Below, one piece after another: positions 24,273 to 36,289 of a stretch of 64,000 bases of DNA. Position 1 is the stretch's first letter, and every line of letters begins with the position of its first letter. A program made the translations under genes and the position numbers. The notes beneath the pieces were generated by a model. That model was not told the DNA's origin. It searched no databases and worked only from the letters and a program-made list of their open reading frames with translations. The DNA comes from Camelus dromedarius (lineage: Eukaryota): NCBI RefSeq assembly GCF_036321535.1, contig NC_087436.1:117678001-117742000 (forward strand), read 5' to 3'.

Positions 24273-24672
24273 GTGTGCTCAGGCTACCATGACAAAATAC
24301 CATGGACTGGGGACTTAAAGGACAAACATTTATTTTCTCACAGTTCTGAAGGCTAGAAATCTGAGATCAAGGTGCTCTTAAGCTCAGTTTCTGGTGATGC
24401 CTCACTCCCTGGCTTGCAGACGGCCACCTTCTCACTGTGACCGCATGTGGCCTTTCCTCTAAAAGCATGGAGAGAGACTGAACACCTTGGTATCTCTTCC
24501 TCTTCTTAGAAGGACACCAGTCCTATCAGATTAGAGCCTCACCCTCGTAACCTCACTTAACCTTAATTATCTCCTTAAAGACCCTGCCTTTCCAATATAG
24601 TCACACCCTGAGGTTCTGGGTGTTAGGACTTCAACATATGAATTTGGGGAGGACACACTGTAGCCTGTAACA
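24273..24672 (-). mobile_element. MaLR LTR (MLT1A-like)
   Basis: acaaaataccatggactgg..tttattttctcacagttctgaaggctagaaatctgagatcaaggtg...ttcaacatatgaatttggggagg...gtaaca. Confidence 0.88.
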
Positions 24673-24889
24673 TCAGCGCTATCAAATTATGGCTAGTGGT
24701 AGAACTGCGGCTGAAGGTGGGGCACCCCTGGTGCCTCCCTGCCCCCCAGGGATGAGCTTCTCACCACAAGGCTGCATGTTCTCATGCCGATGGCTTTGGT
24801 GTCTCACGTAGCAGCCGCCCACGGGTGTCTTACGGAGCCAAGGGAACCTAGGGGTTCTAACTGAGATTTCTTGGTACAATACACAGTTT

Positions 24890-25025
24890 TCCCCTTCCTT
24901 AATGTAAAAACTGGCCCAGAGAGGGTAGATGTCTGACCCACAATCACACAGTGAGTTAGCAGCAGAGGACGGGCTAGACCCAGGTGTCCTGCCTTCAGAC
25001 TCAGTGCTTGCTCCCCGAGCCCTAT
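24890..25025 (-). mobile_element. MIR
   Basis: aactggcccagagaggg...cccacaatcacacagtgagttagcagcagag...ctagacccagg. Confidence 0.55.
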
Positions 25026-25310
25026 CCCAGGGGGCCTCTTCCACTCCTGCAGTCCTTGCTAAAATCAGAGAAAAGGGAGCAAAGCACCGACTCATTTCCT
25101 CTCACAGGATATTTGTGTTTAACTCTCTGCGCCAGGCCGAGGGACAAAAATCTAAGCCATGTGTGTGCACTGGGCCCTCTCAGCCCTCAGCCCTGGGAGG
25201 GCTCAGTACGTAGTGGCCTGAGGCCTTGAGACGGGTCACACTGGGGAGGCCGATTTGCTTGGCCTCCTGGTTTCCCTACTTCTCAGACACTTTATTTTGT
25301 GATTCTGGGA

Positions 25311-25317
25311 TGTGTGC

Positions 25318-25358
<41 letters not shown>

Positions 25359-25375
25359 TGTGTGTGTCTGTCTGT
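25311..25375. repeat. Imperfect (TG)n microsatellite
   Basis: Read directly from the sequence. Confidence 0.95.
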
Positions 25376-25979
25376 CTCTGAAAAAATCTTGAAAGAACTG
25401 GACTGGGCCTGTCATCTAAATGACAGTTTTCCAGCCCCAAGTCCCAAATGAAAAGAAGGCCAAATTAGCTCATGTCTTCATATCCAAGTTATAATTTAAA
25501 ATAATAAATGAAAGTGAAATATTCCTTAAAATGTTGAGAAAAAACTATTTTAGTTTCCAGGATAGCGTTCAAAACAATGTTGCCATAGAGCTAACAACTT
25601 TTGGGAAAGGAGCAGATTTCTTACTGATGGCTAAAGTTGCTGAGAAAGAAGCTTCCAGAAGCTTCCAGAACCTTCCAGGTTGGGCCAAGAACACTGTTTC
25701 TGAACTTCCACCTACTGGCTGGCTGGCATTTGGCATGCCACTTGTCCTTTCTAGGCTGCATTGGTTTGCTCATGTGGAGGGATAACCCTTTATTGGGGGG
25801 GGCCCCTTTGCATTACAGCATTTCATCTCCACACCCATTTGTCATGTGGGTATTGTGACCCCCACTTAATAGGAGAGGAAACCAGTACAGAAAGCACTCA
25901 GTTGTGAGTGGTGAAGCTGGCCAACAACACCAGTGCTTCAGATTGCACGGCAGTCTTTGCACTCCTTGAGTCAGGAAGG

Positions 25980-26090
25980 CTGTGTAAGCAAGTCTATCAA
26001 CTTCTCTGTGCCTCGGTTTCTTTGTCTGTAAAGCGGGTCATGATAGTGTCCACTCTAGAGGGTTGCTGTGAGGAGTAACTAAATAAGGCT
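25980..26090 (+). mobile_element. MIR core
   Basis: cttctctgtgcctcggtttctttgtctgtaaagcggg...agggttgctgtgagg. Confidence 0.65.
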
Positions 26091-26624
26091 CTGATGGCGT
26101 TGGTGTGTCCTCAGCCCAACCCAGAAGTCTCAGGAAGCTTTCCTGGTAATGTTCACCACCAGTTAGAGAGATCTGCCCCCTTCCATGGAAAGCTGCTAGC
26201 CCTGTGGCAATGTTGTTTTAAACTCAATCCTGGAAACAGAAATCATTCTTTCTTAACATTTTAAGTGCTGAATTCAGCATACGGGCACTCCTACGGTTCT
26301 TCAAATCTGTGTTTTGGAGACAAGGCGCTTTGTTTAGGAGCAACAAGCACCAACTTGGGCCCATTTAAGACAAAAAAACAACCTCTAGGATGATCGTTGA
26401 AGTTCTTCGAATCCACAGAAAGGCTGAGGCAGGTCTGGAAGGACGGGAATCAGGATGCATGTGGGGCTGGGTGTAGGGCAACCGAGAACAAGGCCAGGCC
26501 AGTGCTGGCGGGACCGCCTCTCTCTCTCCCAGGCTGCCTTTCTCTCCCAGACTGGAGTCCGGGGGAGAGAGAAAGTGACTGCTGTAACAAATTCCCAGAA
26601 GCTAGTGGCTTAAAACAGCACAAA

Positions 26625-26775
26625 GGGAGGGATGACTAGGCGGAGCACACGGGAGTTTGGGGCAGGGAAGGCTTCTGTACGGTACTTTAACTGGGGACGC
26701 ATGTCATTACACACTTGTCAAAACCCACAGACGGCACAGCACCGAGAGTGACCCTAATGTAAACTATGGACTTGT
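26625..26775 (+). mobile_element. L1 3' UTR fragment (L1MC-like)
   Basis: atgtcattacacacttgtcaaaacccacag...agagtgaccctaatgtaaactatggact, colinear with 6000-6145. Confidence 0.7.
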
Positions 26776-26829
26776 GGCCAACTGAGTAACTTGGTTCACG
26801 TGCCCACCTCTGGCAACTTCACACAAAAG

Positions 26830-26975
26830 AACTCTGGTGAGGGCTTGCTGGGCCCCAGTCCCAGACTTCTGGCTCAGCAGGTTTGGGGAGGGCCTTGAGA
26901 ATCTGCCTTTCTCACAAACTCCCAGGTGACGCTGATGCGGCTGGTCCCAGAATCATGCTTCGGGCTGAGAGCAGG
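26830..26975. mobile_element. MER5A-like MITE
   Basis: ttgctgggcccc...cagcaggtttgggg..agaatctgcctttctcacaaactcccaggtgacgctgatgcggctggtcc. Confidence 0.75.
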
Positions 26976-27067
26976 CAGAACTCCTTGCCTGACGTTCTCA
27001 CCCAGCCTCTATATGATGGGAAGAGAAACTTCCTGAAGGAGCATTGGGATGCAGAAGCTGGGAGAGC

Positions 27068-27086
27068 TGGCCGCCAGGTGGCAGGG
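27068..27086 (+). promoter_or_regulatory. Candidate CTCF site
   Basis: TGGCCGCCAGGTGGCAG matches the CTCF core CCRSYAGRKGGCR with no mismatch. Motif only. Confidence 0.45.
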
Positions 27087-28896
27087 ACGCAGATGTCCAG
27101 GTTGTTAGGAGCTCCTGCTTTGGAGGGAACGTGGGATGCAGTCATGAGGCAGGCGTGCCCAGGAATGATGGAGGAGGTTAAAGAGGGGCCAGCAGAGATG
27201 ATGCTGTCCACTGAGACCCACGGGGTGATGGGTCCTGGGTCCTGGCTGAGTGTCCAGTGGTCTGGCCACAAACGATGCCATGGGGACAAAGGCTCAGTGG
27301 GCCCCTGAACCATGTGGTCCCAGTGATTCCCTTGCTGGGACAATTTTACCTGGATCTTGGAGCCAGAGAATGAGCCCGAGAGAGAATCTGCTTTTAATTC
27401 TCAGAAACAAGGAGCCTGGATCAAATGACCTGTGGGACCAGCTGACTGGCCCCGTCTGCTATCCTCTGCCATCCTCTGTGTTCGCGTCCCAAAGCTAATG
27501 ATGTCATAGCCCTGGGCTGCGTCCGATCTGTGTAGTTAGGTTGATGGGATTAATCAGCTCATGTTAACATGCTGATGATCATGAAATAAAGACGACCATT
27601 TCAATAGGATACTCGGGGCCGAGGGACCAAAGTGAAATCATTTGGACTTTTACAGAGGTCACGGTTGAATTATCACAAAACTTCCTTTACTCAAAGCAGA
27701 TGCTTATTAAGATTAATTTAGTGTGAAAAGTGAACCAGACTGAGTCTAAAAGACATTGTCTCCTCAATTATGTAACAGGACACCTCCTCATTGTCCTCCG
27801 CTCACTGAAGATGATTGTGCATTTCCTCCGGGACGGTTCAGCACGCTGAGTCGAGTCGCCGTGCAGTCCCTCTTTTGGGGATGCTCAATGAGATCTCAGT
27901 GTTCACACAGAGACCAAGTGCTTGGAAACAAAAGGAAACAGCAACTGGGAAACTGGGGGCTGAAGACAGAGCCCATCTTTCTGCTAAAACCATGCATTCA
28001 GCAATTTCTAGAGATGTGTTTCATCTGAAAACAAGAAAGAGACATGAGGGACTGACTTCGACTTCTTGTAAAGGAGATGCTGGGTGATGATGGGTGGTGC
28101 TGACTGTTCCGGTAGTTTGGGTGCAGAGGAGGAGCTCTGAGAAGAATGACTGGCTGGGATCACATTTATTGGATGCTGAAGAATCTACCCTTCCTTCCGG
28201 ACTCCTGCAGAGCTGTCATTGGCTCCAAGACTTCTTTTCTTTTTTAAGCAAATAAGTTCCATTCCTCTCGTTTGTCTGTTTGTTTGTTACAAAGTATTCC
28301 TTTTAAAAGGTCTTTTTCCTTTGCTTTCAAGACCCTCTTGAGCCCTGGCTCTGATCCTGCCTCATTGTCTTCTATTCCCTTCCCTGGTTCCTTTTCCAAA
28401 GATAATTCCTTGACTGCTGCTATTCCCCAGGGCTCAGCTCCCTGCCTCACTGGAAACACCCTCTTCCCAGAGTTAGTGCATCCAGTCCCATGGCTTCAAT
28501 AGTTAATTTAAGCCTAGAGATACCAAGAGGGCAATGCTACCTCCCTTAAGAAAATTAAAACCCAGAGTTTCCCTCAGGAGGAGAATTTTGTGCTGCAAAG
28601 GGGCGACTGGCCATCTAGTCCCTGTCTGAGTTTTCTTTTCTTTGGAATTTTTGCTACCCCTCTCCTCTGGGGCATGGCAGGAAGGGCCTGCTTTTCTGCA
28701 AATCTCTGACCTAAGCATGAACAAATCCCTTCCCCCTTGGTTTTCCTAAAGCACAATTGACACAGTTGAGATGCTTTCTTAATATGTGGCTGCAGACAAA
28801 AGAAAAACTCAAGGGGAATAACTCAAGGTCTGAACCAACAGAGCTGTATGAGTTATCTATTGCTGGGTAACAAATCAGCTCGAGATGTAGTGTCAT

Positions 28897-29436
28897 GTGG
28901 GAATATAATTTGGTGCAGCCACTATGGAAAACAGTATGGAAATTCCTTAAAAAACTAAAAATAGACTTACCATATGATCCAGCAATCTCACTCTTGGGCA
29001 TATAACCTGAGAAAAACTCTAATTCCAAAAAATACGTGCACCCCAATGTTCATAGCAGGACTATTTACAATAGCCAAGACATGGAAGCAATCTAAATGTC
29101 CATCAGCAGATGGCTGCCTAAGGAAGATGTGGTATATATACACAATGGAATATTGCTCTGCCATAAAAAAGAATGAAATAATGCCATTTGCAGCAACATG
29201 GATGGACCTAGAGATTATCATACTAAGTGAAGTAAGTCAGAGAAAGACAAATATCATATGAGATCACATATGTGGAATCACAAAAAAATGGCAAAAATGA
29301 ACTAATTTAGAAAACAGAAACAGACTTACAGGCATAGAAAACAAACTTAGGGTTGCCAAAGGGGAAAGGGTGGGTGAGAGGATAAATTAGGAGTTTGGGA
29401 TTAACAGTTACAAATTACTATATACAAAATAGATAA
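28897..29436 (+). mobile_element. Young L1 fragment (ORF2 end and partial 3' UTR), truncated at both ends
   Basis: ORF 28974..29261 reads [51 protein letters not shown]. No poly(A) or TSD seen. Confidence 0.92.
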
Positions 29437-29620
29437 GCCTCCTCACTGTGTCCTCACACGGCAGTGAGAGCAATGGTCTCTTTTCCTCTTCTTGTAAGGG
29501 GACTAATCCCATCATGGGATCCCATCCTCATGTCCTCATCTAAGCCTAATTACTTCCCACAGGCCCCACCTCCAAATACAATCACATTGGGAGTTAGGGT
29601 TTCAACATATGAATTTGTAA
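29437..29620 (-). mobile_element. MaLR LTR fragment (MLT1A-like)
   Basis: ctaatcccatcatgg..cctaattacttcccacaggccccacctccaaatacaatcacattggg..ttcaacatatgaattt. Confidence 0.8.
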
Positions 29621-30309
29621 CTCAAAGTTACATTTAGGCAGCAGTGGGCTTTCTGCCTGTGCTGCAGCGAGACATGGCCAGAAAGCTGGGTGGGGTCAGG
29701 ACACCATGTCTCTCTCGAGTGGCAGGGGGCTGGTGGAGGCAAATGGGCAGGTGCAGATGGTGAGTATGGAGGTACACTGAGGGCCATGCTGAGATTAGCC
29801 AGGCCGTTTGTCAGATCCAAAGAGCCAGCAGGAAGCCAGGCTGAGAGCAGAGGCAAGGAACAGATAGATGGAGAAATGGAGAGTGGGAGACGGAAGAGGC
29901 CTTTCTGCTGGAGGTTGCGCCTGGCCTCTTTCCGATGGGCTGCTAGTGGAGTGGGGCTGGGGAAGGTTGGCTGGCTACAAAACAGGCTGCTTAAGTTGTA
30001 GGGTACTTCTCTGAGAATTAGGAAGGGGAGATTCCTCTGGACCAATGCAGTCAATCCAGGGCATGTGGCTTGAGGGGGGAGTGCGTATTAGATCTCAGTC
30101 TCCTGAGCGGTCTCTGTTGTGCAGTGCCCAGCCTGGACCACTGGGCCTGCACCCTGGCTAAGAGTCTTTGGTTAAGATACATGTTTTTCTCCTCGTAGCT
30201 TAACTCCTGGCTCCCCTATGCAAGGCACCTAACCCCATTCTAATTTGTTTCTTACCCCTTGGGCACCAGGAATCAGAACTGGGGCTGTATCTGCCACCTG
30301 ATCGCCTGA

Positions 30310-31215
30310 CTTTTATTTTTCAAATTAAGGTAAAATTCACTTCACATAAAGTTAACTATTTTAAAGCCTGTAGTTCAGCGGCATTCAGGACATTGACAGT
30401 GTTGGGCAACCACCACCTCTGTCTAGTTCCAACACATTTCATCACCCTTAAAGGAAACCCTGTACCCATTAGGCAGTAACCCTACCCACCATCCTCCAGT
30501 GCCTGGAAACCACTAATCCGTTTTCTGTCTCTATGAATTTGCCTCTCCTGGACATTTCACATAAATAGAATCATACATTGTGTGACCTTTTGCATCTGGC
30601 TTCTTTTACTTAACATAAAGTGTTCCAGATTCACCCATGTTGTAGCACATATGAGTACTTCGTTCCTTTTTGTGGCTGAATAATATTCCAGTGTACAGAC
30701 AGAGCACACTTTGTTTATCCATTCATCTGTTGGTAGCACCTGGATTATTTTCACCTTTTGGTTATTGTGAATAGTGCTGCTCTAAACATACACAGACAAG
30801 TTTTTGTTTGAACACCTGGCTTTAGTTCTTTTGGGTATATACCTAGAGGAGGACTTGCTGAGTCATATAGTAATCCAATGTTGAACTTTTGAGGAACAGC
30901 CAAGCTGTTCTCCACAGGAGCTGCACCATCTTGCATTCTTATCAGCAATGTGTGAGGGTTCCAGTTTCTCCACATCCTGGCCAACACTTGCTGTTTCGCA
31001 TTTGTAAAAAATGAAAGCCATCCTAGTGGGCGTGATGCGGTAGCTCTCTGTGGTTTTGATTTGTACTCCTTGACAGCATATTTTTACATGCTTCTTGGTC
31101 ATTTCTCTATCTTCTCTAGAGGAATATCTACTCAAGTCATTTGCCCATTTTTAAGTCGGGTTGTTTGTGTTTTTGTTACTGAGCTGTAAGAATTCTTTAT
31201 CTGTCCTGGATGCTG
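30310..31215 (-). mobile_element. L1 3' end (L1MB-like)
   Basis: ttgggcaaccaccacctctgtctagttccaacacatttcatcaccc and ttgggtatatacctagaggagg...ttttgaggaacagcc. Confidence 0.88.
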
Positions 31216-31329
31216 CCTAAATTTATTCTTCTAAGTCAAAGGTCCTGTCACTGAGAAGAAAAGGGAATCCTCAAGGTAAATACCATCTCATTCCCTCTTC
31301 CTCTCACAAATGTCAACAAATTACTGAGT

Positions 31330-31500
31330 GCTTCTGTGCTTCAGTCTCCCCCTCTGTGAAGTGGGAATAATAATAGTACCTGCCCCCCAGGGTCATTTCG
31401 AAGATGAAATGAGCTAATATATGTAAAGTGCTTAGAACAATACCACGCAAGTAGTGTTGGGGCCCCATAAAAATTAGCTATTGCTGTTTTTATCATTGTT
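31330..31500 (+). mobile_element. MIR 3' half
   Basis: gggaataataatagtacctgcc...aaatgagctaatatatgtaaagtgcttagaaca...ttagctatt. Confidence 0.8.
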
Positions 31501-32656
31501 ATGATAAACTAGTACAACCATGCTCATCACCACCGTCATTTTAGGTCCTAAAGCCAGGCAGAGGGGAGGGAAATGACCCCACTGGCCAGGTCCTGTTATG
31601 CTCCAGTTACTTTCCTTATGTTTTTTAGATTTCTCCTATCCCTTTGAAGTAGGAAGAATGCTGCTCATTTGAGGAAACTGGGCTCAGAGAGGTGGGTTAA
31701 CCTGCCCAAGATCCCCAGCTCGTAAAGCAGGATGGACACTGATGCGCCATCCAGGCCCTCCCCCGCCTCAGCAGAGGCCTGTTGCCCCACTGCAGTCAGG
31801 ACACTGTCCACCCCTCCACAGAAGGGGACCACTTTGCATATGGTGACAGCCCTCCCCAGGGCAGCCTGTGGAACCCTCACACGTCTGTCCCGAGTCCATC
31901 CCCTCCCTCCGTAATAAGCGTCCTGCACGGCCTGACTGACAGCTTTCCTGGGGACACAGGAGATTCGGCGCTGAAACCGGGGATGTCTAGCCAGTCACCT
32001 TTGCGTACTAGACCCCACCTGAAGCTGCTTCTAGGGAAGCTGCCTAAGACTGCGGCTCAAAGCCGGCTCAGGCTGGTGCCAGAGGCCAGGTGGCTTCTCA
32101 TCAAAGGAGGAGCAGGAAGAGAGCATCAGGGATGGCGGCTGAGTCGCCTTTGCCGCCTCACGCTGTCTACCTTGGGGCAGGACTTGATTCTTTAGGTGGT
32201 AAAGGTGAGAGCCACCAAGACACAAGAAGGTAATGTCCCGAGGTCGGGGCTGTACTGTGCGGTTTGCCCGGGCACCTGCGCTCCTGGCCTGTCACCGAGT
32301 AGAGGCTGGACACCTGCGTACAAGGAACACGGCTCACTCGGCCATGGAAGGTGGAAGGAAGGAGCAGGAGGCCTCACTCAGGGTGGCCTGTTCCCAGTGC
32401 TTCACAGCCTGACTGCCAAGGTTTTCTGGAGAGTCCAAAAAACAGCTTTTCTGTGTGCCCCCAGTCTGTCTGCTTAGGCCCAGATTGCTGGGACAGACTT
32501 CTTGGTTAGAAGCCAGCTGATCAGTTTATGCTGAAAGTGTGTAAATAAGACTCCCTTTTCTATAGGTTCTCTCCCCCTTCTCTTCTCTCTCTTTTAAATC
32601 ATCTTTTCACTGTTGTTTCTGGACGATGCTCTCTGGCTGTCTGCCTCATGTCAGAG

Positions 32657-33070
32657 TATATTCGTCAGGATTCTCCAGAGAAATAGAGCCAATATGATCG
32701 ATCCATTGGAAGGGACTGGCTCATGTGATTATGGAAGCTAAGCCCAGCCCCCAAAGAGCCAATGGTGTAGTTCTGATCCAAGTCTAATGGTCTGAGACGC
32801 AGAAGAGCCAACAGTTCCAGTCCAAGTTCAAGTCCGAAGACAGGAGAAGACTGATGTCCCAGCCTGAACACAGGCAGAGAGAAACACTCGGCCTTTATTC
32901 TAGACAGGCCTTCAACTGACTGGACGAGGCCCACCCACATTCAGGCTTTACTCAGTCTATGTTTGAGATGACTCTTATCCAGAAACGCCCACCCAGACAC
33001 ATCCAGGAATTATGTTTAACCAGCTTTCTGGGCACCCGTGGCCCAGTCAAACTGACAATCAATCACTGCA
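32657..33070 (-). mobile_element. MLT2 (ERVL) LTR
   Basis: tcaggattctccagagaaatagagccaata...tggctcatgtgattatggaagct...gacgaggcccacccacatt...ggcacccgtggcccagtcaaactgaca. Confidence 0.85.
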
Positions 33071-33279
33071 GTGAGCAAATGTGCGCACAGATGTCTAACC
33101 CTAATATGTCTGGGTCCTTCTTTGATTGCTCAGTAAATAGTTGGAGACTGTTGGATGGATGATCAGTTGCTCAAAGAGGCAGTTGTGGCAGTCACCAGAT
33201 AGGTTAGGATGTGGGTTTGGGGACAGACTAAATCAGGATAGGCCTGGAGTAGCCCTGGTCCCAGGAACTGGTACATCTC

Positions 33280-33700
33280 TGTACTGATTTGAATAGTGTA
33301 CCCTAAAAATTCATGTCCTTCCAGGACCTAAGGATGTGGCCTTATTTGGAAATAGGATCTTGGCAGAGGTAAGTAAGATAAGGTCATACTGGGATAGAGT
33401 GGGCCTAAACCCAACAACAGTCCTTACCAGAAGAGGACACGAAGGTACGCAGACAGAAAGGGCCACATGATTCCGAGACAGAGGCTGAAGGGATGTGGCT
33501 ACAAGCCAAAGAACCAGGAGCCACGGTGGCCAGAAGAGGCAGAGAAGGGCTCTCCCCTACGGCCTTTGGAGGGAGCATGGCTCTGAGACACCTTGATTTT
33601 GTATTTCTGGCCTTCAGATCTGTGAGAGAGTGAACGTCTGTTGTTTTCATCCACTTGGTTTGTGGTCATCTGTGATGACAGCCACCAGAAGCTACCGCAG
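33280..33700 (+). mobile_element. MaLR LTR (MLT1C-like)
   Basis: gaatagtgtaccctaaaaattcatgtcc...ccttatttggaaatagg...ggagggagcatggctctg..accttgatttt..tttctggcct. Confidence 0.88.
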
Positions 33701-34233
33701 TCTCCGTCTTGAGTAAGCACCCACTGGGCCTTTCTGCCTCTCAAGGGCGGTTGCCTGGCACTGCTTCTCTTTCTGCAGTTTAGCAAGAAGCCCCTCTCGT
33801 GGGCCTGTCCCCTTAGCTGTAAATGCTCAGGACCCGTTGGGCTTTGGCGGGCCCTCTTATTTTTCATTTCCCTGTTGCTAACGGGACAGAAGGTTCAGAT
33901 TAACTTGGAGGAATCATTTGCATTTTAGAGAGGAAAGGCCTGCTGACAGGGACGGCTGCAGGAAAGGCCAAGAAGGGAGCTGAAATCAGATCCTCTGGGC
34001 CCTTGAGTCTCAAGAGAAGCCTTTCTTCCACCGGGGCGCTGCTGGGTGAGGCCCTGTAGACCTGGGGCGGGGTGGGGCGAGCGATGGGTTTCTGGTGGGT
34101 GTCCTACAGAAGAGAGGTCACACACAAAGCACTAGAGTTTGCAGGCTTCCTGCCCCCCTGCCCCACTACACTGTAAAGAGTTTAGTTATTGGTTTCTAAT
34201 TGTAAAATAAACGCATATTCATTGCCAACAATT

Positions 34234-34427
34234 GGGGGGGGAGGGTACAGCTCAGTGGTGGAGTGTGTGCTTAGCACGCACGAGGTCCTGGGTTCAAGCC
34301 CCAGCACCTCTGTTAATAAATGAATAAATAAATAAATAAACCTAATTACCTCCCCCCCAATTTTTTTTTAAAACAAGGCATTTGAAGGAAGAAGGCAATA
34401 AAATGATTTCTCTTTAAAAAGGAAGAA
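34234..34427 (+). mobile_element. tRNA-derived SINE, camelid vic-1-like, with extended 3' tail
   Basis: Canonical head and TAAATAAACCTAATTACC tail. TSD AACAATT at 34227-34233 and 34428-34434, within an old L1ME-like fragment. Confidence 0.9.
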
Positions 34428-34705
34428 AACAATTCAACCAGTAAGCAAAAGTACAACATGGCAAAAAAGACCCTGAACATCTTTATCCTGAACCGTTACT
34501 AACATTGAGCCAATTCTTCATTTTGTGTTGATCGACAAATACACAAACACACCTTTTTTTGGTTTATGTTTGTATTTACATTTTATAAGAAAGACCCATA
34601 CCATTTTGTAAGGTGCTTTTTCACTTCCTAACACACTGTGCACACTTTTCCACACCTATAATTGTGGGCGGATATGGACGCTTTAAAGGGCTGCCTTGTT
34701 GCCCG

Positions 34706-34765
34706 ACCACCCCTCCCCTCGGCACGCCCCTCCCCTCCACAGCCCCTCCCCTCCACACGCCCCTG
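34706..34765. repeat. C-rich short tandem repeat, about 3 x GCCCCTCCCCTCCACA
   Basis: Read directly from the sequence. Confidence 0.75.
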
Positions 34766-35269
34766 CTGTGGGCATTTAGGTTCCAGAGTGCTCGGAAGGA
34801 CAGAGGCTCACCTGGCGGAGGATGCGGGTGGATTTCCCACCCTGACCCAGACACTATTAAATTGCTTTTCCCTGTGATTTTATTTTCCTAGATGTTGAAT
34901 GTGTGTGAGGATCTATGTTGTTGTCCTAATCAGATCTCACCACAATGTAAAATGAATGAAGGAGAGGTAGTTTTAGGTGATTAGGCAGAGCCCTGAATTA
35001 TGAATTAAAATCCTAACATGAAAACAAGATTTTGGAGGTGCTGGCTCCTCCCGTTTGTCACTGTGGGAACTTGGAGAAGGACTGAGAGGTGGCGTCACCT
35101 GCAGGCATGTTGTTCACAGCTGAGCAGGCTCAGAGGGTTTGGCTCTGTGACGCCTGCTGATGAGCAGGTGGGGAGTGGGGACGCCTCTGGACCCTGGCGC
35201 CCACTGCCTGTGTTTCAGTCTCAGCTCCGCCTCCTCGCTGAGTAACCAGGTAAATTACCTGGCCTTGCT

Positions 35270-35720
35270 TTCCTTTAGTTTCCCGGGGCTGCTGTGACAA
35301 ATGACCACAAACTGGGTGGCTTAAAATAGCAGAAATTTCTTCGGTCCTGATTCTAAGGACCAGAAGTCCAAATCAAGGTGTCAGCAGGGCCGTGCTCCCT
35401 CGGTAAACTCCAGAGAAGCCTCCTTGCCCGCCTTCTTCAACTCCCGGTGACCAGAGGCAGTCCTTGGCTTTCCTAGGCCGTAGCTGTGTCTCTCCAGCTT
35501 CTGCCTCCGTCATTACAGGGCCTTCTGGCCTCTGTGTGCCTGGGTCCAAATCTTCCTCTTTTTCTCTCTGATAAGACCCCAGTCATTGGATTGGGGGCCC
35601 ACCCTTATCTGGTACAGCCTCATATTACTCTGCTGACATCTACCAAGACCCTATTTCCAACTAAGGTCACATTTGGAGGTTCTGGAGGGGCATAAATTTT
35701 GAGGGGACACTATTCACATC
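35270..35720 (-). mobile_element. MaLR LTR (MLT1C-like)
   Basis: gctgctgtgacaaatgaccacaaactgggtggcttaaa...ccagaagtccaaatcaaggtgtcagcagggccgtgctccct...ctatttccaactaaggtcaca. Confidence 0.88.
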
Positions 35721-36289
35721 CTTTAGGAGGACATGTAATTTGAGGAATTTGTTAACGCATATACATCACTTAAAACAGCAGCTGGCAGGAGAAGCCCTCA
35801 CGGTGGTGGTCATTATAACACAAGGGACCTTTGCAAAGGCTCCCAGGAAAGATTATGCACAAATGCCCACCGAAGCCCGCGTCCTGACCAAGCAAGCCCT
35901 CCTCCCCCGCCCCCACCCCTCCTTTTGAGTGTCTATGTCTCATATGCCAAAATACCAAGTTTTCCTCTTGCAATCCTTCCATTAAAGAATGGTTTATCTA
36001 GCCATTTGTTTATGTGTGGAAAATGCATAAAAAAGTTATAAAATAAACCCATTTACTTCCAGACGAAAGTTAGCGTTTTGCCTGGAGTGAATTTTTGTGG
36101 CCAAGTTATAAAATTCCGAAAATAAGGGTTTCTAATGAAACGGCGCTACCCTTTAATGAATCTCCCTGCCCTCATTGTAATAAAGAATGTACAATATTTG
36201 GCATGATGCACTCTGGAAAAATCGCCTAATGTGTAATATGAGCAATCACCCTCTTTGTGAGCCAAGCTCTGTTTCCATTCTGTGGGGGA

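Noticed and set aside
25787..25796. Perfect CArG box CCTTTATTGG
   Set aside because: A single short degenerate motif is expected by chance in 64 kb and has no supporting context.
27570..27745. Possible C/D-box snoRNA (TGATGA ... CTGA)
   Set aside because: Box spacing is long, I saw no terminal stem, and I recognised no rRNA guide.
34234..34310. tRNA-like sequences with A and B boxes (also near 1.4, 17.9, 24.1, 58.3 and 58.4 kb) as tRNA genes
   Set aside because: They have SINE tails, TSDs and mutually divergent copies, so they are SINE heads.
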